From: Candidatus Enterousia sp. | GTDB taxonomy: Bacteria; Pseudomonadota; Alphaproteobacteria; Rs-D84 | DNA: 64,000 bases | Direction of reading: 5' to 3' | Assembly (NCBI GenBank): GCA_045648925.1 | Contig: JAZROY010000001.1 | Location: 8,841 to 72,840 of the forward strand | In this document: one piece after another, positions 1 through 9,852 of the stretch | How positions within the stretch are numbered: the stretch's first letter is position 1 | Layout of the letters: every line of letters starts with the position of its first letter | Program-made: the position numbers and the translations under genes | Notes under the pieces: generated by a model | The model's database searches: none | The model's input: the letters and a program-made list of their open reading frames with translations, nothing else | What the model was told of the DNA's origin: nothing

Positions 1-1
1 A

Positions 2-379
2 TTTGACGGAACTGCCCAGCGCAGCGAATATTGGTTTTCTGTGCTATTTTTGTTCTTGGTTGAAATGGCATTTACTGTTTTGACATCTGCTATACCTTTT
101 GTGGGGCTTTTATATTGGGTATGGTCGTTGGCGATAATTATACCATGTCTAAGTTTGTGCGCCCGCAGATTACATGATGCCGGTTTTTCTGCAAAATGGT
201 TGGTGGCTTTTTGGGCATGTTTGTTGTTCGGGTTTGGACTGGTGTTCCTGGGCAAATTAACAGTGATGTTCTTTTTACTTTCTGAATTGTTGTTGATTGC
301 TTCTGGAATAATCGGAATATTCTTGTTCATTACATCTTTGTTGCCATCAAAATTTAAAGATAATAAATATCGTAGATAA
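2..379 (+). CDS. DUF805 (YhaH-like) membrane protein, 5'-truncated by window edge
   Basis: Frame open from base 2: FDGTAQRSEYW...PCLSLCARRLHDAGFS, hallmark DUF805 motifs. Confidence 0.85.
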   Translation, partial: FDGTAQRSEYWFSVLFLFLVEMAFTVLTSAIPFVGLLYWVWSLAIIIPCLSLCARRLHDAGFSAKWLVAFWACLLFGFGLVFLGKLTVMFFLLSELLLIASGIIGIFLFITSLLPSKFKDNKYRR

Positions 380-403
380 AAAAGCGCCGTTTGGCGCTTT
401 TTT
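378..403. terminator. Bidirectional intrinsic terminator
   Basis: aaaaaagcgcc-gttt-ggcgctttttt between convergent genes. Confidence 0.85.
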
Positions 404-830
404 ACTTATAACTTTCTGCGGCGCCGCGTGCCAAACAATCAACGCGTTCGTTAAATTCTTCGCCGGCATGCCCCTTTACCCAGACCCAATGAATTTTAAT
501 CGTTCTTGCCAATTCATCCAGTTCTTGCCATAATTCTTTGTTCTTTACAGGTTTTTTATCAGATGTTTTCCAGCCCCTGGCTTTCCAATTTTTAATCCAA
601 GATTGCATGCCGTTTTTGACATATTGGCTGTCTGTGTGAATTTCGATTTCTTTGTGTTTTTTTGCCGCACGCAAAGCCCGTATTACCGCGGTCAATTCCA
701 TTTTATTGTTGGTTGTATTTTTTTCGCCACCACAACGTTCTGCAATATGTATTCCATCCGTAGCAATAAATCCCCATCCGCCAGGACCAGGGTTGCCCAA
801 ACAACTGCCGTCTGTCCAAATTTTTAGCAT
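402..830 (-). CDS. rnhA: Ribonuclease HI
   Basis: WTDGSCLGNPGPGGWG, TTNNKMEL, TDSQYV, WVKGHAG, NERVD; start set at MLKIW (ATG 830). Confidence 0.97.
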   Translation of the reverse strand: MLKIWTDGSCLGNPGPGGWGFIATDGIHIAERCGGEKNTTNNKMELTAVIRALRAAKKHKEIEIHTDSQYVKNGMQSWIKNWKARGWKTSDKKPVKNKELWQELDELARTIKIHWVWVKGHAGEEFNERVDCLARGAAESYK

Positions 831-866
831 TTTATTATCGTCCTTTTTGTGATATAATATCATAAA

Positions 867-2642
867 ATGAAGTTTAATGCCAAACAATTACAACAGATGT
901 CTAATGCAGCGCGCAGTGGCGCGTTGTCTGCGGTGCTTTCTGCGCACAGTGGACATGTTGGAATAATTTTGGATGCATCAGAAATGATGACGGTTATATT
1001 TGCAAACCATTTGAATCGCGGTATTGACCGATTCGTTTTATCTGCGGGACATGGGTCTGCGTTGCTTTATTCTGTGTTAAAATTGTCTGGTTATAAAATT
1101 GGGAATTTAAATAGTTTCCGAAAAATTGGTGGATTGCCAGGACACCCAGAATTTGGAATTGATGGTGTTGATGCGACAACTGGTCCATTGGGTCAGGGTG
1201 TTGGTAATGCTGTTGGTTTCGCGTTGGCACAAAAAATTCGCGGGGTTCGTGCACATACTTTTTGCGTGGTTTCAGATGGCGATTTAATGGAAGGTGTATC
1301 ATTCGAATCGCTTTCATTAGCAGGGCGTTTAAATCTGGACAATTTAATCGTGTTATGGGACGATAACAAATTATCCATAGACGGCGTTGCACAAACAGAT
1401 CTGGATGTTAATGCGCGTATGCGCTCGCTTGGGTTTAATGTGATGTCTGTGCGTGGAAATGATGTTGATGCAATTGATCGTGCTTTGGAAAGGGCGGAAA
1501 AATCTACGCGGCCTGTTTTTATACAATGTAAAAATGTTTTGGGACGCGGGTGTAAATTGGAAAACGATGCGCGCGCGCATGGGTTTGCACTATCTGATAC
1601 AGAAATGTTGTCGCTGATTTCAAAAAATACGGATAGTGATGGTTTACATTTGTGGGAAACTGTGGCAAAACGACCTTTTGCACCGAAAAGCAAATCTGTT
1701 ATTGCATTGCCGCGTGTTCGGTTGCCAAAAACACCAGATAATATTTCTACGCGGGAATTGTCTGGGATATATCTTGATTTATTGATGCGCATGGGTTGCG
1801 ATTTAATAACTGGTTCTGCAGATTTGGCGGAAAATACTCATGTTAAAACATCTGTGTCAAAGGTTATAAGTGCAAACAAATTTAATGGTAATTTTATAAA
1901 TTATGGTGTGCGTGAACATGGAATGGCGGCGATTGCTAATGGTATAACGGCGGATGGATTGCGCGCGGTCGTATCCACTTTCTTGGTGTTCAGCGATTAT
2001 ATGCGACCATCGATTCGAATCGCTGCATTGTCTGGGTTGCCGGTTATATATGTTTTTTCGCATGATAGTATTGCTGTGGGTGAAGATGGACCAACGCATC
2101 AGCCGATTGAACAATTACCATCACTTCGTTTAATCCCGAATCTTAATGTGTATCGTCCATGTAATATGACAGAGGTGGCATATGCCTGGAACGAATCGAT
2201 TCGTGATGGTGAACATCCATCCGCTATTGTTTTATCGCGACAAAAGTTTAAACAGATTACAACACCGTCCGATTCGAATTTGGCGCGGGGCGGATATGTA
2301 ATTTATCCTGCTAAATCTGGTCGTGCGAAAACAACTTTGGTTGCCAGCGGTAGTGAGGTTCCCTTGGCGGTCGAAATCGCATCGCGTTTTAAGAATGTTC
2401 AGGTTGTGTCCATGTTGAATCTTGGCGCTTTTCGCGAACAAGATGAAAAATATAAAAAAGAAATCTTACGCGGATGCGTGATTGCTATTGAAGCAGCAGC
2501 ACCGTCCCCGTGGTTTGAATTTGCAGATGCGGTGATTGGTGTTGACAAGTTCGGAAAATCTGGTAAAGGTGAAGATGTATATCGCGAATACGGATTCGAT
2601 GTTGATAAAATAATCAGTGAAATAAAAAAGTGCATAAGATAA
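867..2642 (+). CDS. tkt: Transketolase (compact, 591 aa)
   Basis: DRFVLSAGHGS, GHPE, TTGPLGQG, SDGDLMEG TPP motif, YGVREHGM, GEDGPTHQP. Confidence 0.95.
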   Translation: MKFNAKQLQQMSNAARSGALSAVLSAHSGHVGIILDASEMMTVIFANHLNRGIDRFVLSAGHGSALLYSVLKLSGYKIGNLNSFRKIGGLPGHPEFGIDGVDATTGPLGQGVGNAVGFALAQKIRGVRAHTFCVVSDGDLMEGVSFESLSLAGRLNLDNLIVLWDDNKLSIDGVAQTDLDVNARMRSLGFNVMSVRGNDVDAIDRALERAEKSTRPVFIQCKNVLGRGCKLENDARAHGFALSDTEMLSLISKNTDSDGLHLWETVAKRPFAPKSKSVIALPRVRLPKTPDNISTRELSGIYLDLLMRMGCDLITGSADLAENTHVKTSVSKVISANKFNGNFINYGVREHGMAAIANGITADGLRAVVSTFLVFSDYMRPSIRIAALSGLPVIYVFSHDSIAVGEDGPTHQPIEQLPSLRLIPNLNVYRPCNMTEVAYAWNESIRDGEHPSAIVLSRQKFKQITTPSDSNLARGGYVIYPAKSGRAKTTLVASGSEVPLAVEIASRFKNVQVVSMLNLGAFREQDEKYKKEILRGCVIAIEAAAPSPWFEFADAVIGVDKFGKSGKGEDVYREYGFDVDKIISEIKKCIR

Positions 2643-2650
2643 TTTAAATA

Positions 2651-3355
2651 ATGTCAGAAGAACATATTTTCATTTTAACGAATGGTCAAAAAATTCCGGT
2701 TATAATAAACAATCGTCGCGGTGCGCATAATGTGACACTGCGCCCAAAGATTGGGAAAAATCCAGAAATTCATATTTCAAAACCATGGATGACTTCGACT
2801 AGTTTTGTTTTGAAATTTTTGGAATCTAAACGCAAATGGGTGGAAAAAGTTTTTGATGCCATGCCACAAAAAGAAGAAATAAAACCAGGAATGACAATTG
2901 AATTTTTGGGGCGAAATGTAAAATTGATGCACGATGGTGGGTTGCGCGGGAATTGCTATACAAACGAAGAAAAAACAATTCTTTGTATTGGGGGTGGGGC
3001 GGATATGTTTGAACGACGTGTTCGCGATTTTGTCAAAGAAGAGTTGTTGGAAGAAATAAAAATAATAATAAAAACTACCCCGCGTGAATATTGGCCGCGC
3101 CATATAACTTTGCGGGACACAAGTTCGCGTTGGGGTTCGTGTTCTGCAACTGGGAATGTTTCTTTTTCTTGGCGGCTTGCATTTGCGCCGTATGAAGTTA
3201 TGCGATATGTGGTGATGCACGAACTTTCGCACAGGAAGCATATGGATCATTCAAAAGAATTTTGGGCGAATGTAAGTGAACTTTACGGTTTTGGTGTGGA
3301 AAGGGCAAAAAGATGGCTTTCCCAAAACGGTCAAAGTTTGCAAAGGTATTTTTGA
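2651..3355 (+). CDS. YgjP/DUF45 (SprT-like) zinc metallohydrolase
   Basis: SRWGSCS, YVVMHELSHRKHMDHSKEFW. Confidence 0.9.
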   Translation: MSEEHIFILTNGQKIPVIINNRRGAHNVTLRPKIGKNPEIHISKPWMTSTSFVLKFLESKRKWVEKVFDAMPQKEEIKPGMTIEFLGRNVKLMHDGGLRGNCYTNEEKTILCIGGGADMFERRVRDFVKEELLEEIKIIIKTTPREYWPRHITLRDTSSRWGSCSATGNVSFSWRLAFAPYEVMRYVVMHELSHRKHMDHSKEFWANVSELYGFGVERAKRWLSQNGQSLQRYF

Positions 3356-3523
3356 GTTCTCCTCCGTTGGATGAGTACCGGCAGAGCCGGGGAGGGTTGA
3401 ATTTTTATATCTTCGCATTTGTTATATGCCAACCCAACGAAATCATAATTAAACATAAAAAACTATTTGCACGGGTATCAAAATTGTGATAAAATAAGTT
3501 TATAAAAAGGAAAGGATGTAGAT

Positions 3524-4948
3524 ATGAAAAAAATCTTTTTGTTTTCATTGATTATGTGTGTGGGTATTGTCGATGCTGGTTTTGCTGGAAATTGCACAAT
3601 GAGTAATCAAATCGGTAGTTTGCGTGATAGTATCGTTTTTGGGGGTGCTGGTGATCAAGGGTTGTTTTGTGGTGCCAGTGGCGCAAAGACGTGTAATTAC
3701 AGTGACTTTGTCTTAATAAAAGGCAAACATAGTGTGGGTAAAGGAACAAATGCTTGGAATGCAGTAGAAGATTTTCGGGTCTATAAATGTGTAGATGTTA
3801 GTGGTTCTATTGATGACTGGCAAACAGGCCATGAGGGGGAGTTGCAGTCATGTGATAAGAATAAGCATAAAGGGTGGAAAGAAGCAGGGCGTGATGACAA
3901 TTATGTGTATCTTACGAGTAAAAAAATAGAATCATATGGTTCGGTTGGTTTTGTCGCTGGCGCTAAAACAGGTATGTGTAGGATTGCAACTAGTATGTAC
4001 AATCCTAATGATTTTTGTGATACTTGTGGTGGAAACTCAGATCCAACTCCAAATCCGACAAAAAAAACATGTAAAGATTTATACAAAGGGTATTCGGAAC
4101 GCATCAGATGTTGCGAAGCTGGTAAGGCAACCTATTGGGAACCAAAAAATGATTTAAAAAATGGTAAATGCCATTGTTATGACAAGACAACAAACTGGGA
4201 TTCAAAAACTGGTAAATGTGTTAAACAAGCACATGTTTCTTGTGAAGATACTTATAAAGGTAACGCAGAAGCTATTGCTTGCTGTGAAGCCGGTGAAAAC
4301 TGGATAAATGGTAAATGTGAATGTACTGATGAAAACAAAGTGTGGGATTCCAAATTGAAAAAATGTGTGGAAAATGCTACGCCAGTTTCACCCTGTACAC
4401 AAAAAGATTGCAAAGATACCTGTAATGTGACAATAAACGAATCCATAAAATGTAACAATGGGAAGAAGTTTGAAAGCAAAAAAACAGTTAAAGTTTGCAA
4501 AGAATGCGTAGAACAACAAAATATGACTTGCGATCAATATCAAGAAACAATTAATAAATGTGAAGATTTAAAATGTATTGAAAATAGATTAAAACAGTTG
4601 ACAGAGATTGATAAGTTGTTAAGGGAATGGTGTGGTGCTGGGTATTCAACAACAACACCTGATAACGGTGCGCAAATAAACGCGGCAAAAAGCAAAATAT
4701 CTTCGTTCTTTAGTAGTGCGGAAAGCAGTGCAAGTGTTTGGAAAGATAAAGATGGTAATTTCAATACTGCGCGTCTGGCATCTGATTTGACCGCTGGTGT
4801 GGTGCTTGGAACCGTTGGTGGTGTCGTTTCCGGTGTCGTTATCAAAAAGAAACAAGTTGAAAAAGGTTTTGATGCCCTGCATTGCACAGTCGGTGGACAA
4901 ACGGTCGCTGATTGGGGTGATATATTCAATGTAGGTTTAAGAAGATAG
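3524..4948 (+). CDS. Secreted Cys-rich protein with two tandem Cys repeats and C-terminal glycine-zipper segment
   Basis: Signal peptide MKKIFLFSL..; repeats TCKDLYKG..CCEAG..GKC.C..WDSK..KCV and SCEDTYKG..CCEAG..GKC.C..WDSK..KCV; AGVVLGTVGGVVSGVVI; SD aagga. Confidence 0.8.
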   Translation: MKKIFLFSLIMCVGIVDAGFAGNCTMSNQIGSLRDSIVFGGAGDQGLFCGASGAKTCNYSDFVLIKGKHSVGKGTNAWNAVEDFRVYKCVDVSGSIDDWQTGHEGELQSCDKNKHKGWKEAGRDDNYVYLTSKKIESYGSVGFVAGAKTGMCRIATSMYNPNDFCDTCGGNSDPTPNPTKKTCKDLYKGYSERIRCCEAGKATYWEPKNDLKNGKCHCYDKTTNWDSKTGKCVKQAHVSCEDTYKGNAEAIACCEAGENWINGKCECTDENKVWDSKLKKCVENATPVSPCTQKDCKDTCNVTINESIKCNNGKKFESKKTVKVCKECVEQQNMTCDQYQETINKCEDLKCIENRLKQLTEIDKLLREWCGAGYSTTTPDNGAQINAAKSKISSFFSSAESSASVWKDKDGNFNTARLASDLTAGVVLGTVGGVVSGVVIKKKQVEKGFDALHCTVGGQTVADWGDIFNVGLRR

Positions 4949-4949
4949 T

Positions 4950-4978
4950 AAAAAAAACCGCGTTTCCGCGGTTTTTTT
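4950..4978. terminator. Intrinsic terminator
   Basis: aaccgcg-tttc-cgcggtt with A and T tracts. Confidence 0.85.
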
Positions 4979-5017
4979 ATTTGCTTTTCAAAAAATGTTT
5001 ATTACAATATTGGTGTT

Positions 5018-5083
5018 ATGATTAAAAAATTTGTATCTTTGTCATTTCAATTACATCACGCGGCGCGCGCCGTGTGTCTCTAG
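5018..5083 (+). promoter_or_regulatory. Putative hisS leader peptide MIKKFVSLSFQLHHAARAVCL with overlapping GC hairpin
   Basis: Tandem His codons CAT CAC (5054-5059); hairpin cacgcggc-gcgc-gccgtgtg 5057-5076; TTGCTT-16-TACAAT at 4981-5008. Confidence 0.5.
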
Positions 5084-5165
5084 CTATTCTTTAATTTTTA
5101 TGATATAATTCTGTTGAAATAAACAGTTTCTTTCAATTTGGTTTTTATAAATAAAGGATAAAAAA

Positions 5166-6467
5166 ATGGATTTAAAACCAACAAAACCGCTATCGGGATT
5201 CATAGAACTGTTGCCAGCCCAGCAACGGTGTTTCGATTATTGCGCAAATAAAATGCAAAATGTTTTGCAACTTGCTGGTTTTTCTTTACTTGATTTGCCG
5301 GCGATTGAACGTGCAGAGGTTTTAACTGATAAAGATAATTGGGACGAAATTGAAACCCAAATGTTCTTGTTTCAAAAAGGCGATACAAAAATGGGTTTGC
5401 GTTACGACGGAACTGTTGGGTTGTCGCGATATGTTGCGGGTCATCTGAATAATCTGGTCTTTCCATTTCGTGCATCACAGTTTTCAAAACGGTATCGTGG
5501 TGAACGCGCACAAAGGGGACGTTATCGCGAATTTTACCAAATGGATTTGGATATTATGGGGATAAATTCTTTGTCCACGAATTATGATGCAGAAATTATT
5601 TCTGTAATTGGTGCCGCATTAGATTCTGTTGCTGAATTTATCGGCGCGAGTGAAGTGCGCGTTGGTTCGCGCCCATTTTGGGATGCTTTGTTCGATTATC
5701 TGGAATTAAACGAAAAGCAGAAAAAAGAAATTTTTGTGTTGATAGATAAAAAAGACAAAATGGGCGATGATGACTTTGCCGATGGTTTGAAAGAGTTTTT
5801 AAACAACCCAGACAAAGAAAATATAATTAAATCGGTATTCGCGGATGGGTATAAAAAGTTTGTAAAAAAATCTGAAAAATTAGATGCCGCAATCGCAGAA
5901 TTAACTGATTTTATGAAAGTTTTGGACGGCATGGGGGTTAAAAACGCAATCATAGATTTATCTATTGCGCGTGGTTTGGCTTATTATACTGGTTTGGTAT
6001 TTGAATTTAAATTGATTAATCATCCAGAACTTGGCACTGCTGCGGGTGGTGGTCGTTATGCTGATTTGGCGGGTAAGTTTTCAAAAACAAAAATTATTGG
6101 TGTTGGTGCTGCAATCGGTTTTTCAAGAATATTTGCATCTATGTTGGAAAACAATCAAATAGATTTAACAAGGTTTTCTGAACCAATCGATGTTGCAGTT
6201 TTGGTTATGGGCGATGAAAATTTACAGTATGCAATGCAGGTTTTAAATGAATTGCGTGGCGCGAATATTCCATCAGTCCCTTACCTTGATACAGATAAAA
6301 AGTTCAAAAATCAAATTGAATATGCTGATAAAATCGGTGCCAGATTCGCCGCGATTATTGGTGAAACGGAAGTCGTAAACAATGTTATCGCACTTAAAGA
6401 TATGAAATCTGGCAACCAAGAAACTTTGTCTTTGGCGGACGCAATCAAGAAAATAAAAGGCGCATAA
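5166..6467 (+). CDS. hisS: Histidine--tRNA ligase
   Basis: [36 protein letters not shown], anticodon-binding C-domain. Confidence 0.97.
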   Translation: MDLKPTKPLSGFIELLPAQQRCFDYCANKMQNVLQLAGFSLLDLPAIERAEVLTDKDNWDEIETQMFLFQKGDTKMGLRYDGTVGLSRYVAGHLNNLVFPFRASQFSKRYRGERAQRGRYREFYQMDLDIMGINSLSTNYDAEIISVIGAALDSVAEFIGASEVRVGSRPFWDALFDYLELNEKQKKEIFVLIDKKDKMGDDDFADGLKEFLNNPDKENIIKSVFADGYKKFVKKSEKLDAAIAELTDFMKVLDGMGVKNAIIDLSIARGLAYYTGLVFEFKLINHPELGTAAGGGRYADLAGKFSKTKIIGVGAAIGFSRIFASMLENNQIDLTRFSEPIDVAVLVMGDENLQYAMQVLNELRGANIPSVPYLDTDKKFKNQIEYADKIGARFAAIIGETEVVNNVIALKDMKSGNQETLSLADAIKKIKGA

Positions 6468-6468
6468 T

Positions 6469-7533
6469 ATGATTATTGAACAAAAGTTGTTGGATATCAA
6501 AGCGCGCGCCAAAGATATTGAAACCAAAATGAATTCTGGTGATGTGGCTGGTGATGAATTGGCAAAATTGTCCAAAGAATATTCGCAATTGAATGAGATT
6601 TTGCCGTTGATAGACAAATATCTTCAAACGCAACAAGGAATAAAAGACGCTAATGAAATGTTGCATGACCCAGAATTGAAATCTATTGCAGCAGAACAAT
6701 TGGAAGAATTAAATCATACTTTGCCTGATTTAGAACGCGATTTGCAGATTGCGTTGCTTCCACGCGATGCGGCTGATGATAACAGCGCGATTGTTGAAAT
6801 TCGTGCCGGGGTAGGTGGTGAAGAATCTGCGCTTTTTGCTGGCGATTTATTCAATCAATATAAATCTTATGCTCTGCGCAAGGGGTGGAAAATAGAAATT
6901 ATCGAAGAAAATGCGACTTCGCTTCGTGGATATAAAGAAATTATCTTTAAAATTGATGGGGTGGGGGCTTATGCCCGTATGAAATTCGAATCTGGAATTC
7001 ACCGTGTACAACGTGTCCCCGAAACCGAGGCAAGTGGTCGTATTCATACTTCTGCTGCGTCTGTTGCCGTTATGCCAGAGGCCAAAGATATCGATGTTGT
7101 TATTGACGACAAAGATATTCGAATTGATATTTTCCGCGCGTCTGGGGCAGGTGGTCAGCATGTTAATAAAACAGATTCTGCGATTCGTATTACGCACTTT
7201 CCAACTGGTATAGTTGTGACATGCCAAAATGAAAGGTCGCAATTACAGAACAAGGCAACCGCCATGGCGGTCTTGCGTTCGCGTCTTTATGAAAAGCAAC
7301 GCAACGAACAGATGAACGCGTCAAATGCTTCGCGGCGCAGTATGGTTGGTTCTGGTGACAGAAGTGAGAAAATTCGGACATATAATTTCCCAGAACAACG
7401 CGTCACAGATCATCGTATAAAATTAACACTTTATAAATTGGATGATATATTGGCCGGCGGGGAAGGGCTGGATGAAATGATTGACGCATTAATCAGCGCC
7501 GATCAATTGGAAAGATTGGCAGCGATGAACTGA
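6469..7533 (+). CDS. prfA: Peptide chain release factor 1
   Basis: PET specificity motif (RVQRVPETE), [18 protein letters not shown]. Confidence 0.97.
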   Translation: MIIEQKLLDIKARAKDIETKMNSGDVAGDELAKLSKEYSQLNEILPLIDKYLQTQQGIKDANEMLHDPELKSIAAEQLEELNHTLPDLERDLQIALLPRDAADDNSAIVEIRAGVGGEESALFAGDLFNQYKSYALRKGWKIEIIEENATSLRGYKEIIFKIDGVGAYARMKFESGIHRVQRVPETEASGRIHTSAASVAVMPEAKDIDVVIDDKDIRIDIFRASGAGGQHVNKTDSAIRITHFPTGIVVTCQNERSQLQNKATAMAVLRSRLYEKQRNEQMNASNASRRSMVGSGDRSEKIRTYNFPEQRVTDHRIKLTLYKLDDILAGGEGLDEMIDALISADQLERLAAMN

Positions 7534-7535
7534 TT

Positions 7536-7564
7536 AAAAAACGACCCAAATCGGGTCGTTTTTT
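7536..7564. terminator. Bidirectional intrinsic terminator
   Basis: aaaaaacgaccc-aaatc-gggtcgtttttt between convergent genes. Confidence 0.85.
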
Positions 7565-8573
7565 AAAACACATATTTTGCATTAAGATTGAAATCCCAAG
7601 AATTTAAACCGTCAAGTTGTCTGTGGACTTTGCCGCCCAAAACAAGATGATTGAAATTGTATTCAACATCAACACCAACATCTGTGTGGTTGCTCAGTTT
7701 TATTCCGTCAATCACAACACCATTGGCGCGTATATCATTGTCCCCGCCAAAGTGTGCAACATATTTCCCAGATAATGCGCCATACCAGTTATCTGAAATC
7801 TGTTTTATGAATTTTAGTGATGGTGCGATATTAAGGAAATTGTAATCGCGCGATGTAATTTTGTTGCCACCGATATACATGTCATCAGAAGACACCCAAG
7901 TGTATCCAATATAAACAGATGGTTTGATATAAAATGTGTCGTCTATTTTTAGATTAGCATAAGCATCTGTTGCTATGTTAAACCATGGATTGTTAGTGTG
8001 ACTGTTCAAAGACCCAATGTTTATCAATGTATGCGTGCCAAAGTTTTTATAAATGTAGTGTGAAAACATGCCCATTGCAGCGCCATCAGATTGCGTTCCT
8101 GATAGTTTTGAATGTATGTATGAAGCAAAACCACCAAACGATATAGCGCCATATCGCAATTCTGTGGATTTTATTGTTGCACCAATTGTTGTTAAACTGA
8201 TTTTAGAATGACTGGAAACATCATCTTGATAGTGTGTATCATTTGCGTTCAAATAATCGGCATTTAACCAAACATCTTTTATAAAAGAGTCCCGTTTCAA
8301 ATCTTTTGTGCCAGAAAATTTAAAGGTAGGGACTGTTGACCCATCGTCACCGTATTCGTCAACGCGGCGCATAGTTCCATAAACGCGTTCGTTTGAAAAC
8401 ATATCAAACATAGTTTCGCCATAATCTGTATATGACATAAATTTGTCTGACAATGCGTTAATGTTCATCGCAGATATATTGTTGTCATAAACAGAAGTTG
8501 CGTTCGCAGAATTTGTTAGCAAAGTCAACATGCCTGCCAATGCAGTAAAGCACAAATTAGATTTGATTTTCAT
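7563..8573 (-). CDS. Outer-membrane beta-barrel protein (autotransporter-barrel-like)
   Basis: Signal peptide, alternating amphipathic strands, C-terminal beta-signal FNLNAKYVF. Confidence 0.7.
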   Translation of the reverse strand: MKIKSNLCFTALAGMLTLLTNSANATSVYDNNISAMNINALSDKFMSYTDYGETMFDMFSNERVYGTMRRVDEYGDDGSTVPTFKFSGTKDLKRDSFIKDVWLNADYLNANDTHYQDDVSSHSKISLTTIGATIKSTELRYGAISFGGFASYIHSKLSGTQSDGAAMGMFSHYIYKNFGTHTLINIGSLNSHTNNPWFNIATDAYANLKIDDTFYIKPSVYIGYTWVSSDDMYIGGNKITSRDYNFLNIAPSLKFIKQISDNWYGALSGKYVAHFGGDNDIRANGVVIDGIKLSNHTDVGVDVEYNFNHLVLGGKVHRQLDGLNSWDFNLNAKYVF

Positions 8574-8671
8574 AATTCTCTCTTTTGTTGGTTATGGTAA
8601 TTATATCATATTTTTATTATTTTGTGAATTTTTTATTGTCTTATTTTTTGTTTTTATATAGAATGAAAAAC

Positions 8672-9244
8672 ATGAGAAGTAAAAAGCAGATAGATTTAAC
8701 AAAACCAATTGTTATGGTTGGACTGATGGGGGCGGGTAAGACCAGTATCGGTCGCGCGTTGGCTCGTCATCTGGGGATACCTTTTATAGATTCCGATAAA
8801 GAGATAGAAAAAATTTCAGGGTGCAGTGTTGTCGATATTTTTTCGCTTTACGGTGAAAAAGAATTTAGACGCGTTGAAGAAAAAGTTATCGAAAGATTGA
8901 TAGACACACCACCTTTTATCAAAGTTATCTCTACTGGTGAGGGGGCTTTTATAACAGATGCCGTTCGGAAAACTGTTTTGGATAAATCGTTGACAATTTG
9001 GTTAAAGGCAGACCTGGAACTGCTTGTAAAAAGGACAAATTTTCGTCATACCCGTCCACAATTATTAAATACAGATTCGCGTAAAATATTGGCACAATTA
9101 ATAAAAGAACGTTATGATACTTATGCTTTGGCGGACATCACTGTTGAAACCGTTGATGAAAATATTCATAAAACACTTAACAAGGTTTTAAATGCAATTC
9201 AAGAACACAAAAACAACCCAAAAAAACAAAAGGAAACAAAATGA
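8672..9244 (+). CDS. aroK: Shikimate kinase
   Basis: VGLMGAGKT P-loop, FIDSD, GEKEFRRVE, RPQL; start at MRSKK. Confidence 0.9.
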   Translation: MRSKKQIDLTKPIVMVGLMGAGKTSIGRALARHLGIPFIDSDKEIEKISGCSVVDIFSLYGEKEFRRVEEKVIERLIDTPPFIKVISTGEGAFITDAVRKTVLDKSLTIWLKADLELLVKRTNFRHTRPQLLNTDSRKILAQLIKERYDTYALADITVETVDENIHKTLNKVLNAIQEHKNNPKKQKETK

Positions 9245-9792
9245 AACTTATTAAAGAATTTAAAACTTTTATTAACAGGGGAAGCGCCATCGATATGGCT
9301 GTCGGTATCATCGTTGGGTCTGTGATGACCAGCGTTGTTAATTCTTTGGTTAAAGATATTATTATGCCACCGGTTGGATTGTTGGTCGGTAATGTCGATT
9401 TTTCACAATGGTTTTATGTACTTAGTGGTGGCGAACCAGGTGTTCATTATAACACTATGGAAGCGGCAACTGCGGCTGGGGCTACTACATTGAATATGGG
9501 GACTTTTTTAAATACAGTAATCAGTTTCTTAATAACAATGTTCGCTGTATTTCTTATTGTCAAAATTGCAAATTCTGCCCGTGCAAAGGGACCTGTCACA
9601 ACACGCGCATGTCCGTATTGTCAGCAATCTATCAGTAAATTGGCAACAAAATGCCCTTATTGTTGTTCGGTCGTAAAAGCGGAAAAGATTGGCGAGGCAG
9701 AAGAAGCCGAATTAACCAAGGGGCTAAAATCACTAACCTCCAAGGTTGGAAAAGTTGCAAATGCGGCAAAAAAAGCGGCCAAAATCAAATAA
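9241..9792 (+). CDS. mscL: Large-conductance mechanosensitive channel with C-terminal CxxC-CxxC extension
   Basis: EFKTFINRGSAIDMAVGIIVG, LVKDIIMPP; CPYC..CPYC tail. Confidence 0.92.
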   Translation: MKLIKEFKTFINRGSAIDMAVGIIVGSVMTSVVNSLVKDIIMPPVGLLVGNVDFSQWFYVLSGGEPGVHYNTMEAATAAGATTLNMGTFLNTVISFLITMFAVFLIVKIANSARAKGPVTTRACPYCQQSISKLATKCPYCCSVVKAEKIGEAEEAELTKGLKSLTSKVGKVANAAKKAAKIK

Positions 9793-9830
9793 TTAGCAGT
9801 TTTTATAGTTGTTTTTGTAAAATGTGAAAT

Positions 9831-9852
9831 GCCGCCCGAAAAGGGCGGTTTT
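9831..9852 (+). terminator. Intrinsic terminator after aroK-mscL
   Basis: gccgccc-gaaaa-gggcggtttt. Confidence 0.75.
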
